Source: Chloroflexota bacterium (GTDB lineage: Bacteria > Chloroflexota > Dehalococcoidia > DSTF01 > RBG-16-68-14). Taken from it: a stretch of DNA of 64,000 bases. The position numbers were made by a program, and so were the translations under genes. The notes under the pieces were generated by a model that was not told where the DNA came from, did not search any database, and saw only the letters and a list, made by a program, of their open reading frames with translations. Positions 49,174-58,819 of this stretch are shown here, piece after piece. The stretch covers positions 5,955 to 69,954 of the forward strand of contig JADFKB010000002.1 of assembly GCA_022565155.1 (NCBI GenBank). Direction: 5' to 3'. The stretch's first letter is position 1, and each line of letters begins with the position of its first letter.

Positions 49174-50178
49174 ATGGCGACGTTTGTTGTCCTGGCCAGG
49201 TTGACTCCGGAGGGATACAAGCGGCTGGCGCGCGACCCGCAGCGGCTGGCCGCAGTCAACGCAGACGTGGAGCGCCTGGGCGGGCGCGTGCTGCGACAGT
49301 ACGCCGTCTTGGGCGAGTACGACCTCGTTACCTTCATCGATGTGGCGGATAACATCTCGGCGGCGAGCATCGCGGCGGAGATCAGCGGCCTGGGTACGGT
49401 GAAGCTGGAGCTGTTTCCGGCCATCGGCTTCGATCGCTTTGTAGAGCTGCTCAAGATTCGCTCGTATCGGACGGAGCCGCACACCTGGCAGACGCAGCCG
49501 TGGGCGCGCCTGCTGCGACGCGCCGGCCGCTACTGGGTGATGACGCGCCACGTCAATCGACTCTGCAAGCCGCTGACTGTCGAGGGCCGGGAGTTGCTGC
49601 GCGACGTGAAAGGGCCGGCGATCATCATCGCCAACCACACCTCTCACATTGATACGCTGGCGCTACTCACGGCGCTGCCGGGGCACCTGCGAGAGAAGTT
49701 GGCGGTGGCGGCGGCGGCGGATCGCTTCTACCGAACGTCGATGCGGAGCTGGTGGTTCTCGCTCTTCTGGAACACCTATCCGGTCGCCCGCGGCGGCGGC
49801 AAGGCCGCGCTCGATTACACGATGTCGCTGCTGGAGCGGAACTGGTCGATCGTCATCTTCCCGGAGGGCGGGCGATTCAAGCCCGGCCGGTTGCAGAAGT
49901 TTCGCCACGGGCCAACGATCATGGCGATGGAGGCGAAGGTGCCGGTGATTCCCGCCTACCTGGAGGGGCTGCACAAGCTGATGCCGCGAGGTCAGCGCAC
50001 ACCGTCACCGGGTCCCGCCAGCGTCCGATTCGGCGAGCCGGTGTCGCTGGCTGGCGTCGGGTCGATACCGGAGGGGACGAGCCTTCTGGAGCGCTCCGTC
50101 CGCGAGCTTGGCGGCCTGCCGATACGGGATGCTAAGGCAGAACCGGCCGCGGCCGGCGCAGAAGCTGGCCGGCGGTGA
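49174..50178 (+). CDS. GYD domain fused to 1-acyl-sn-glycerol-3-phosphate acyltransferase (PlsC-like)
   Basis: N-terminal MATFVVLARLTPEGYKRL...GEYDLVTFID GYD-like fold. Acyltransferase HxxxxD (NHTSHID) and FPEGGR motifs. Confidence 0.7.
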   Translation: MATFVVLARLTPEGYKRLARDPQRLAAVNADVERLGGRVLRQYAVLGEYDLVTFIDVADNISAASIAAEISGLGTVKLELFPAIGFDRFVELLKIRSYRTEPHTWQTQPWARLLRRAGRYWVMTRHVNRLCKPLTVEGRELLRDVKGPAIIIANHTSHIDTLALLTALPGHLREKLAVAAAADRFYRTSMRSWWFSLFWNTYPVARGGGKAALDYTMSLLERNWSIVIFPEGGRFKPGRLQKFRHGPTIMAMEAKVPVIPAYLEGLHKLMPRGQRTPSPGPASVRFGEPVSLAGVGSIPEGTSLLERSVRELGGLPIRDAKAEPAAAGAEAGRR

Positions 50179-50243
50179 GACTGGACAGAGTAAAGCCCGG
50201 AGCGTTGCGCCCCGGGCTCATTCTCGATTAACGATCCGCGCTC

Positions 50244-50630
50244 TTAGCAGCAGGCCTTGGGCTCGCCGTGGCTCTCCGCGGTGTCGAAGCTGGAGCCGCA
50301 GGCGCAGCTCTTGACAGCGTTCGGGTTGAAGATGGTGAAGCCGCTCTTCATCACGTCCTCTACGTAGTCGATCTCGGCGCCCTTGAGCAGGGGGGCGCTC
50401 TCAGGGTCGACGAAGAGGCGGATACCGCCGTGCTCGATAATCAGGTCGTCCTCTTCGGCCTCCTGTGCCAACGCCATGCCGTACTGATAGCCGGAGCAGC
50501 CGCCGCCCGCGACGAACACGCGCAGAGCGCCCTGCTCGGTCTTCTTCTCCTTCAGCAGGTTCCTCACACGCTCGGTCGCAGCGTCGGTAATAGTCAGCAT
50601 CTCAGTTGCGGTATCTGTGTCGGTCGTCAT
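50244..50630 (-). CDS. Fe-S cluster insertion protein (IscA/ErpA/HesB family)
   Basis: GGGCSGYQY motif and a C-terminal CxC motif (SCACGSSF). Confidence 0.8.
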   Translation of the reverse strand: MTTDTDTATEMLTITDAATERVRNLLKEKKTEQGALRVFVAGGGCSGYQYGMALAQEAEEDDLIIEHGGIRLFVDPESAPLLKGAEIDYVEDVMKSGFTIFNPNAVKSCACGSSFDTAESHGEPKACC

Positions 50631-50679
50631 GCTGCGTCCCCTTCTAGATAGAGCGATCAGATGTTTCTACAGTCGTTAG

Positions 50680-51384
50680 TTAGTATACCACGGGCTGCTG
50701 CGATGGCAAGTCCTGCGCGCTCCGCTCGATATCGGCGTCGCTGGCAGTACGCTCCCGCACACGATAGGCGCAGTAGCCGTCTTCGCCAATCGATTCAGGC
50801 TCCACATAGGTAACATCGGCTGCCAGCAGCGTCGAGAGCAGCCGCTGATCGTGGGCGCAGACCTGCCGATGCTTATCGGCGGCTCTGGGACAGGGGCAGC
50901 CGCGGCCGAGCAGCAGGTACTCGCCGTCCCGCTCTTCGATGTCGAAGTCGATGCCTTCCTCGTTCAGCGCCGCCGTCGTCGCGCGGACGCGCTCGGCGAG
51001 AGTGGAGCCGTGGACGTGCGGGGCGATGCGCTGGGCGAGCCGGTGGGCCATCTTTTCGAAGACCAGGTTCGCCAGCTCCACGCCGCTGCGCTCCGCGGTC
51101 TCTTCCGGCTCCAGCGCGACGATCTCTTCGATCATTCGGTTGGTGATGCGGACGTAGTGCTTGGGAAACAGGTCCTCGCCAGCCTCGCTCAGCGAGAAGA
51201 CGTAGTGCGGCCGGCCTGTTTTTCGCCGTACCTGCGCGACGTCGACGTGGCCGTCGCGGGCGAGGATGTCGAGGTGGCGGCGGACGGTCGCGGGGGCGAG
51301 GCCGAGCTCTTTGGTCAACTGATCGACCGTCGCCCGACGGCGCCGGCGCAGGATGCTGAGGATCGTTTGGCGGGTAGTTTCCAT
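50680..51384 (-). CDS. winged-helix (ArsR/DeoR-like) transcriptional regulator with Cys-rich C-terminal domain, SufR-like (start 51384 or 51414)
   Basis: N-terminal HTH TILSILRRRRRATVDQLTKELGLAPATVRRHLDILARDGHV. C-terminal Cys residues in CPCP and C..C context. Adjacent to Fe-S genes. Confidence 0.6.
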   Translation of the reverse strand: METTRQTILSILRRRRRATVDQLTKELGLAPATVRRHLDILARDGHVDVAQVRRKTGRPHYVFSLSEAGEDLFPKHYVRITNRMIEEIVALEPEETAERSGVELANLVFEKMAHRLAQRIAPHVHGSTLAERVRATTAALNEEGIDFDIEERDGEYLLLGRGCPCPRAADKHRQVCAHDQRLLSTLLAADVTYVEPESIGEDGYCAYRVRERTASDADIERSAQDLPSQQPVVY

Positions 51385-51481
51385 TGGGTAGGACGCCCCC
51401 TCATAGACGCCCATCCAGTATAGCGAGCCGCTTAGGCCCTGTTCAAGTAAATCATGCTATTTATGCTTTTTACCCCCGGCG

Positions 51482-51612
51482 ATGATGCGCCGCCGGACGC
51501 CTTCGAGGCCAGATTCAACGAACTTCGGTTGCCGTGTCTGCTGGCCGTAGAGCACCTCGTGGAACGGGCCGATCTGGAGGTAGCGGCTCTTACGGGCGAG
51601 CCTGAATCAGAC
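51482..51612. repeat. about 132 bp direct repeat, copy A (about 90% identical to 52612-52743)
   Basis: atgatgcgccgccggacgccttcgaggccagattcaacgaactt...gagcctgaatcagacg. Confidence 0.7.
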
Positions 51613-51743
51613 GCTAGGTATGGCCGAGCAAGCACTCGTTGTCTTAGGCCCTCATTGCTGTAGAATGAGGCCCTAAATCGAGGCACGAGAGATCGGCGGC
51701 GGGAGGGTTGGCAGGCCATATTCAATGAACAAGGAGGCACCGG

Positions 51744-52180
51744 ATGCTGCTCAGACGTCAGTCGGAGAAAATGGATGTGCTACAGAAGGTGCCGATCTTC
51801 CAGGGCCTCAGTGCACGCCACCTCAGGCTCATTGCGCGGGAAGCGGAAGAATTTCAAGGGCCGGCAGGCAAGATGCTCGCACGACAGGGGGACATGGGAA
51901 GGGAGTTCATCCTCATCCTGGATGGCAGCGCTCGTGTGGAGATTGACGGCAAGCAGATCGCTCGGTTGGGACCGGGCGACTTTTTCGGGGAGATGTCGGT
52001 CATTGACGGAAAGCTGAGGTCGGCCTCAGTGATCGCCGACACTCGGCTGGTCTACCTTGTCATTCACTGGGGGCTTTCTTGCGTCTACTTGAACGAGTGC
52101 CTGGTCTTTCGCGGAAGCTGCTGGTCGTGCTCTGTGGGCGGCTGCGCGACGCCGATGCTAGGCTCGCCGCCATGAACTGA
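51744..52180 (+). pseudogene. stand-alone cyclic-nucleotide-binding (cNMP) domain gene, apparently frameshifted near 52065-52075
   Basis: The domain reads cleanly (FQGLSARHLRLIAREAEEFQGPAGKMLARQGDMGREFILILDGSARVEIDGKQIARLGPGDFFGEMSVIDGKLRSASVIADTRLVYLVI). The expected C-terminal helix (FLRLLERVPGLSRKLLVVLCGRLRDADARL) continues in the -1 frame and ends at TGA 52178-52180. Confidence 0.5.
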
Positions 52181-52611
52181 CCGAGCCGGATAGAGGTGGG
52201 CATGTCACCTGTTCAACCGCCTGCTACCCGCCAGGGTGGTATCATGCCGGCCTGATGCGCGCACTCATCGCAGCCCTGATATTCATGCTCGCCGTCGCTG
52301 TGACCGCCAGCATCTTTGCGATGTGGCCTGTAGTTGGCGACGCCCCGTGGGAGGACGACGTGCCGATAGTCCAAGACGGGACTAACGAGCTTCGCTTACT
52401 GCTGAGGGTATGTCACCTCACAATCGCCAACGTAGTTCTCTTGCGGTGTTTGCGAACGCTGAAAAACGCGCGCGTGCTCCACTCCGACCACCGCAGCAGG
52501 AGGCGGCTGTGAGGCGGTTAGGGAGAAGCACGCCAGACGCTGCCTCGTTTCACGTTCAACGCTAGCGGCTGTCGTAATCCGCCGCGCATCTAATGCTCTT
52601 GATGTCTCCTC

Positions 52612-52743
52612 ATGATGCGCCGCCGGACGCCTTCGAGGCCAGATTCAACGAACTTCCGCTGTTGTGTCTGCTGGCCGTAGAGCACCTCGTGGAACGGGCC
52701 GATCTGGAGGTAGGCGCGGGCGTGGGTGAGCCTGATTCAGACG
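52612..52743. repeat. about 132 bp direct repeat, copy B
   Basis: See copy A. The copies are about 1.13 kb apart and flank the cNMP-binding pseudogene. Confidence 0.7.
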
Positions 52744-52933
52744 TTTAGTTCTGGCATGGGCGCGCTCTAGTCCGGCGCGTCCCCCTTTCTTATGCTGAGG
52801 GCTGGGTAGGAAAACTGCCCGGCTCTCAGCGCCTCGATAGATCGAGCGGCGTCACGACTCGGTGCGAAGCCCGCCGCTCGCCCGTTTGGTAGAATCCTGC
52901 GGATCGCACCGATGTTACACTCTCTAGAGAGGG

Positions 52934-53884
52934 TTGCTCATGCCGCTAACGAGTCAAGAAGAACGCTGTATCAATCTCGCGTGTAGCCACTTGGCAGGCG
53001 TCTATGGTGGTGCCTGGAAGGTGTCCGATGATTTGGATGAGCTGCATCAGAGCGAGGCGAGTCCGGAAGTGCGGGTTTCTAGCGGCGAGATGACGGCAGC
53101 AATCGAGGTCAAGCGGCTCGTAGGAGACGCACCGTTCATCGAATACCTCGAGAGCATGTTCTCGCTGGAGAAGTATCTCACTCCGTCTTGCGGAGGGTAC
53201 TACAGCCTGAACCCTGCCATCGACTTCCGCGTGCCGATGGAGCGCCCCTTTCGCCGTTACGTGAAGCGGGAGATTGAGCGAGTGGCGCCAACGCTTGCGC
53301 CTGAACAATCGGGCGCGATCCTAATCCGGCGTGAGGCTCATGTTTCTCTGGTCTCGGAGACCGGCCCTGGCTACATCTTCTGCTGCCACAACTCCAGTGG
53401 CCACTTCGTCATGGAGGTTTCCCCCCGATTGACCGGAAAGTTCATGCTCGTTGATGAGAGGATGTGGGAGCATTCATTCGTGACGGAAGAGGGAAAGCTT
53501 GCCTTCCAAGATGCTCTCGTGAAGGCGTGTGAGGCCAGACTGAACGGACACTTCGGGCCCTTCACTTGGAACGAGGAGTGGGAGCTGACGCGGGGAAACG
53601 AGGAAGGCGACGAGTCCGGCGTGTTTCTTATCACGGTCACGGACGCACGGAGCGTACCTGCGGCTGTCGCCGAGAATGTCGACATCATGCTCGACAAGGC
53701 GTTGGAGAAGTTCGAGGATCGGCGTTGGGCTGACCTACACGTAATTGTGCTCGACCGCGCCAGCGCACTGATGACAATCGATAGAGTCCACGACGTTCTC
53801 GCCGACGTCAGCGTGGAGAACTTCTCGTCAGTCGATCTCGTGCTCGCCACTGATGAAGATGACGTGACCCAGGTGTGGCCCTAA
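52934..53884 (+). CDS. hypothetical protein in a lower-GC islet; possible PD-(D/E)XK-type core motif (GEMTAAIEVKRL)
   Basis: Clean 316 aa ORF. Third-codon GC is visibly lower than in neighbours. There is an AIEVKR (D/E)xK-like segment after acidic residues. Confidence 0.45.
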   Translation: MLMPLTSQEERCINLACSHLAGVYGGAWKVSDDLDELHQSEASPEVRVSSGEMTAAIEVKRLVGDAPFIEYLESMFSLEKYLTPSCGGYYSLNPAIDFRVPMERPFRRYVKREIERVAPTLAPEQSGAILIRREAHVSLVSETGPGYIFCCHNSSGHFVMEVSPRLTGKFMLVDERMWEHSFVTEEGKLAFQDALVKACEARLNGHFGPFTWNEEWELTRGNEEGDESGVFLITVTDARSVPAAVAENVDIMLDKALEKFEDRRWADLHVIVLDRASALMTIDRVHDVLADVSVENFSSVDLVLATDEDDVTQVWP

Positions 53885-54050
53885 CGCAACACGAAACTAC
53901 GAGAGCACGTCTCGCCCTCGTTCTTTCTGCTACACTCCGTCGACTACAGAAGGAGGGCGCGCGGTGGACATCGTACGCGACGTTCGGTTATAGCGGCCTG
54001 CGTTGACGGCGTCGCTGGGCGGTTGCTACGTTGATTGAGAGAGTCGATCT

Positions 54051-55235
54051 ATGGATCAGCAGCGCATCTACGTCGATCACGCCGCGACGACGCCGCCCGA
54101 CCCGCGGGTCGTCGAAGCGATGCTGCCCTACCTGACGGAGCAGTGGGGCAATCCCTCCAGCATCTACTCGGAGGCGCGAGAGGCGCGCAAAGGCCTCGAA
54201 GCTGCCCGCCGCTCGGTGGCGGAGGCGCTGGGCGCGCGCCCGAACGAGGTGATCTTCACCAGCGGCGGCACGGAGAGCGATAACCTGGCGTTGCGCGGCG
54301 TCGCCTATGGCGCGCGCCGGCGCGGCAACCACATCATCACGACTAAAATAGAACATCACGCCATCCTGCACACGGCGGAGCGGCTGGAGCAAGAGGGCTT
54401 CCGCGTCACCTACCTGCCGGTAGACGGCGAGGGCTTCGTCGATCTCGACGCGCTGGAACGAGCGCTGGACGACGAGACGACGCTGGTCTCCGTCATGTAC
54501 GCGAGCAACGAAGTCGGCACGGTGCAGCCAATCGATGAGGTGGTGCGCATCGTCAAGGCCCGCGACTCCCATATCGCCGTGCACACGGATGCCGTGCAGG
54601 CGGCGGGCTACCTCGATCTCGCAGGCCTGGGTGTCGATCTGCTCTCCCTGGCCGGCCACAAGATCTACGGCCTGAAAGGTACGGGCGTCCTCTACGTGCG
54701 CAGCCGCACGCCGTTCCTGCCGCAGGCGCTGGGCGGCTCGCAGGAGAGAGACCGGCGCGCTGGGACGGAGAGTGTCGCGGGCGCGGTCGGCATGGCCGCT
54801 GCGCTGCGGCTGGCGGAAGACGAGCGCGCCCAGCGCAGCGAGCACGTGCGGGTGCTCCGCGACAGGCTGCTAGCGGAGCTGCCGCAGCGCGTGCCTGGCA
54901 CACACATCACGGGGCCGGCGGATGCTGATCGACGCCTACCGAACAGCTTCTCCTGCTGCTTCGAGCGTGTCGAAGGCGAGGCTGTGCTGCTCCAGCTCGA
55001 CTTGAAAGGCATCAGCGCCAGCAGCGGCTCCGCCTGCACGACGGGCTCGCTGGAGCCGTCGCACGTCCTGCTGGCGATGGGCGTGCCGCACGCGCTGGCG
55101 CGGGGCAGCCTGCGGATCACGCTGGGCCAGGGAAATACTGAGGGCGATATCGACCGGCTGCTGGACGTCATTCCGGACGCTATCGAGCGGCTGCGCGCGC
55201 TTGCGCCTCCCTCCGGCCGGAGCGTGCGGGCCTGA
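54051..55235 (+). CDS. cysteine desulfurase (IscS/NifS class I)
   Basis: PLP Lys context GHKIYGLKG and active-site SSGSACTTGS. Confidence 0.9.
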   Translation: MDQQRIYVDHAATTPPDPRVVEAMLPYLTEQWGNPSSIYSEAREARKGLEAARRSVAEALGARPNEVIFTSGGTESDNLALRGVAYGARRRGNHIITTKIEHHAILHTAERLEQEGFRVTYLPVDGEGFVDLDALERALDDETTLVSVMYASNEVGTVQPIDEVVRIVKARDSHIAVHTDAVQAAGYLDLAGLGVDLLSLAGHKIYGLKGTGVLYVRSRTPFLPQALGGSQERDRRAGTESVAGAVGMAAALRLAEDERAQRSEHVRVLRDRLLAELPQRVPGTHITGPADADRRLPNSFSCCFERVEGEAVLLQLDLKGISASSGSACTTGSLEPSHVLLAMGVPHALARGSLRITLGQGNTEGDIDRLLDVIPDAIERLRALAPPSGRSVRA

Positions 55236-55373
55236 GGCGCCGAGTCTACTCTTCCCGCTGGGCAAGCACGAAGTATCCTTCTCCATATCGCTATGGAGGA
55301 ACGGCCGCTGCGGTTTCTAGGCCAACGAGCAATAGAACGGGATTATTGGCTGAAATAATCTTCTCGATTACGG

Positions 55374-56606
55374 TCAGTCAGGAGCGATCGCGAACGATTC
55401 CGGCGCAACTCTCTCGTAGGCGCCGGCTAGCTTGGCCGCGACAGCATCCCAGTTCAACTGATCCTCGATGCGTGAGCGGAGGCGCCGGCCTCGGGCGTCC
55501 CACTCGTGGCGAGCATGCAATGCTTCTAGGATTCCTTCAGCAAATGCCAACGGGCTTTCATTCTGGACGTAGTAGCCATCAGCGCCCAGCACCTCCCGAT
55601 TCCCTTCATTGTCTATGCTCACTACTGGCAGCGCCATGCTCATGTAGTTATAGAGCTTGGCATTGCCTTCAGTCTCGCTCAGCTTCGGAGCTACAGCCAG
55701 GTCGACCAACGCTAGATGATCCGGAGCCAACGCATAGTCGAGCCGGCCGGTGAATGTGATCCGCGACATGATTCGTAGTTCGTTCGCCAGCACACGTGGC
55801 TCTTCGTCCGGGTAGCCCATGATCAGGAAGTGACACTGAGGATGCGTCTGCAGCACGATCGCTGCCGCCCTGAGAAGCCGGTCGATGCCCTGTTGTTCGG
55901 TGAGCAACCCGATATAGCCGATGACGGTGGCATCGTCGTCGAGGTTGAGGCGATGCCGAAGTTCTGGGTCAGGCTGGCGGGGAGAGAACATGGCCGGATC
56001 GGCGCCGTCCATGACGCGGGAGATCCGGTTCGCATCGATCCCGAAGCGATCGGTGAGGTCGCGCTCCATCATCCGCGACTTGACGAGGATGAGCGGGGCG
56101 AGCCGGTTGATCCGCCGCTCTAGAAAGCTGATCGCCTTGAATGGGAGGGAACTTGTCTGAAAGGAGCCTTTCTCAGCCATCTCCAGCGACAGGCTTCCTT
56201 GAAGATCGAAGACCCAAGGAATGGCCAACAGGCGCGAGACTATGCCTGCGATGAGGCCACCTTCGTGGAGGTGTCCGTGCAGGAGAGCCGGACGAGTACG
56301 GCGAGCTACCAGAATCGTTTTGATAAGCAATAACACCCACAACGGAAGCCTTGCCAGCGAGGGGCCTATCTTGGAAGCCCCGTAGCCGGGGAATCGAGCG
56401 GCACGATGAATCCGCACGTCAGGTAGGTCGCGTCCGCTGGAATAGCAGACCACCTCCATCTGTATGCCTCGCCTAATGAGCGCCCGCGACTGCTCGTACA
56501 CGGCGACGCCGAAGCCCCGGTCGACGAAGAAGGGCCCCGGCGCGATCATCAGCACGGAGGGGTGTCTTGCTACAGGCTCGTCGACTACTCGATCAGTCGT
56601 TGGCAT
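55374..56606 (-). CDS. GT4 family glycosyltransferase
   Basis: GT-B fold with a C-terminal E...E motif region (SETEGNAKLYNYMSMALPVVS). Confidence 0.8.
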   Translation of the reverse strand: MPTTDRVVDEPVARHPSVLMIAPGPFFVDRGFGVAVYEQSRALIRRGIQMEVVCYSSGRDLPDVRIHRAARFPGYGASKIGPSLARLPLWVLLLIKTILVARRTRPALLHGHLHEGGLIAGIVSRLLAIPWVFDLQGSLSLEMAEKGSFQTSSLPFKAISFLERRINRLAPLILVKSRMMERDLTDRFGIDANRISRVMDGADPAMFSPRQPDPELRHRLNLDDDATVIGYIGLLTEQQGIDRLLRAAAIVLQTHPQCHFLIMGYPDEEPRVLANELRIMSRITFTGRLDYALAPDHLALVDLAVAPKLSETEGNAKLYNYMSMALPVVSIDNEGNREVLGADGYYVQNESPLAFAEGILEALHARHEWDARGRRLRSRIEDQLNWDAVAAKLAGAYERVAPESFAIAPD

Positions 56607-56678
56607 GGGCCGTTCGATGTGCTGCGGGGCAAGCGGGCGTCTCGTCGAATAGCGTCGAAGCGCGAATCCACGGGCTGC

Positions 56679-57602
56679 CTAGCGCGTGCGGCGGACGATC
56701 AGGTCGGCGATGAGCGCGATGGCGCCGATCTGGATCGCCGTCATCGTTAGCAACACCGATGATGTGGTGATGTGCAGGTCGAAGCGGATGATGTCCGTGA
56801 TTCCCTTGCCGACGCCGCCGATGAAAAAGACGAACGCTATCGGCAGCAGGACGCGCAGCGGGTCGACGTACATCACCATGCGGATCACCGTCAACGCCAT
56901 GTTGTACGTGTCTTCGATGGGGCGAAACTTGGAGCTACCGATCACGCGCGCCCGGTAGTCGATCGGGATGAAGGCGATGCGGCCGCGGTGGGAGAGCGAT
57001 GCCAGCGTCAGCGTAGTCGAGTTGGAGAAGCCGTCCGGGATCAGCGGCAGATAGCGGAACGCAGCCTCTCTGGTCAGTACGCGCATGCCGGAATTGAGAT
57101 CGCCGACGGTTTGTCCGCTCAAGAACGTCGCGAATATGCGCAGCATGCGTTTGACCGCGACGCGCAGCAGGCGCAGGCTGCCCTGTTCGCTCTGGCGGTC
57201 ACCGATCACCTGCTCGTAACCGCTCTCCGCGCTGACGGAAACGAGTTTTGGTAGATCCTCCGTCGGATAGGTGCCATCGCCGTCGATGATGACGATGTAC
57301 GCGCCCCGCGATCTTGCGATGCCGGTCTTGATCGCGGCGCCCTGGCCGAGGTTGACCGGGTGAGAGATGACCGTGGCGCCGGCGGCGCGCGCCAACTCCG
57401 CGGAGCCGTCGGTCGATCCGTCGTCGATGACGAGGATCTCCAGCGGAGCGAAGGCTGGCCCGGCCAGCGCCGCGCCGATCTTTTTCACTTCGGCGGCGAC
57501 TGTGGCTGCTTCGTTGTAGACAGGGACGATGACGGATACGGCGTGAGAGGCGTCATCCGCGGTTGCCGTAGCATCGTTCACGGCAGGTCCAGCTTCGACC
57601 AC
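56679..57602 (-). CDS. GT2 polyprenyl-phosphate sugar transferase (ArnC/DPM1-like) with C-terminal TM helices
   Basis: VSVIVPVYNE, IDDGSTDGS and DGDGTYP (DxD) motifs. Two C-terminal TM helices. Confidence 0.85.
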   Translation of the reverse strand: MVEAGPAVNDATATADDASHAVSVIVPVYNEAATVAAEVKKIGAALAGPAFAPLEILVIDDGSTDGSAELARAAGATVISHPVNLGQGAAIKTGIARSRGAYIVIIDGDGTYPTEDLPKLVSVSAESGYEQVIGDRQSEQGSLRLLRVAVKRMLRIFATFLSGQTVGDLNSGMRVLTREAAFRYLPLIPDGFSNSTTLTLASLSHRGRIAFIPIDYRARVIGSSKFRPIEDTYNMALTVIRMVMYVDPLRVLLPIAFVFFIGGVGKGITDIIRFDLHITTSSVLLTMTAIQIGAIALIADLIVRRTR

Positions 57603-57748
57603 GTGTCCGTCCTCCCGGCGGCGCTATCTAGCTGCCGCCTTCCTGTATGGGCGGTATCCGGCTGCCGCTTCCGTGCATGGTAGGGTTATCGTCGTTGCGA
57701 TGTCAACGTTGGCCGTCCGGTGCCGGCGCTAGCCGATACGTCTGAGCC

Positions 57749-58819
57749 GTGCCCTATGGTATGCTCGGCTGTGAACAGGCGCTTCGCCTGACTATTGACA
57801 TGGGGCTAAGAGCGCGCACATCCACTATCATCGCCGTTGCCAGACCCGTGATCGTCTTCGGCGCTATCGTCGCTACCTTCTCTTTCCTGGGCTGGACGCT
57901 GGTCTCAAACTGGAACGATCTCTCGTCGGAGGAGATCGATGTCCAGCCTGCGCTACTGGTCTTATCGATCTTGCCGGGCATCGCTGCTGTCGTTGTCATG
58001 GGTCTCACCTGGGCGGGCCTTATCCGCTACCTCGAGGGCCGCGATACGGCATCGGCGCAATCGTTGTTGAAGATATTCCTCTACTCCTGGGTAGGCCGTT
58101 ACGTACCGGGAAAGGTTGCGTACGTGGCGGGCAGGTTCCTTCTGGGCCGGTCGATCCGCATCTCCTCGGCCTCTTTGGCTGGCAGCATGGCGTACGAGGG
58201 TGTGCTGCAGTTAATGGCGGGGGCTGCCTTAGCGTCGGTGACGCTGGTACCAACGCTCGCTATCGAGTCGGAGAGCTTCTTGCCGTACCTAGCGCTGCCG
58301 GCGCTGGCCGTAGGCGGCGCTATCGTACTGCACCCGCGGGTGCTGGGCTGGGTGCTGCGCTTCGGCTTGCGGGTCGCCGGCCGGGAGTCGGTCGAGTTCA
58401 AGCGGCTGCTGCCGCCCAGGCAGATAGCGAAAGTCACCGGCATGTACGTTGGCGCGTTCTTGTTGAACGGCGTGGGGTTCTACTTGCTTATCATATCGCT
58501 CACGGACTACTCCCCGCGCTACCTGCCGCTGGCGGTGGGGCTCTTCGGGTTGGCTGCTGTCGTGGGGCTGGTCAGCGTCTTTGCACCGGCCGGCATCGGC
58601 GTCCGTGAGGGGATCCTCGTAGTCGTTCTGCAGACGACGATGCCGGTTGAGCTGGCGATCCTCGTCTCGCTTGTCGCGCGAGTGTGGGCAACCGTGATCG
58701 ATCTGCTCTTGATCGCAGGCTGCTTTTTCTACGACCAACTATCCGGTGAGCGGCTGCTGATCAACGCGCTGCGCGGGAGAGGAAGCGAGAACGATGCGCC
58801 CAGCGCGCTCGATCCCTAG
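57749..58819 (+). CDS. membrane protein of the lysylphosphatidylglycerol-synthase TM-region / flippase-like (UPF0104) family
   Basis: Eight or more predicted TM helices. Conserved GYVPGK and APAGIGVREG segments. Confidence 0.65.
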   Translation: MPYGMLGCEQALRLTIDMGLRARTSTIIAVARPVIVFGAIVATFSFLGWTLVSNWNDLSSEEIDVQPALLVLSILPGIAAVVVMGLTWAGLIRYLEGRDTASAQSLLKIFLYSWVGRYVPGKVAYVAGRFLLGRSIRISSASLAGSMAYEGVLQLMAGAALASVTLVPTLAIESESFLPYLALPALAVGGAIVLHPRVLGWVLRFGLRVAGRESVEFKRLLPPRQIAKVTGMYVGAFLLNGVGFYLLIISLTDYSPRYLPLAVGLFGLAAVVGLVSVFAPAGIGVREGILVVVLQTTMPVELAILVSLVARVWATVIDLLLIAGCFFYDQLSGERLLINALRGRGSENDAPSALDP

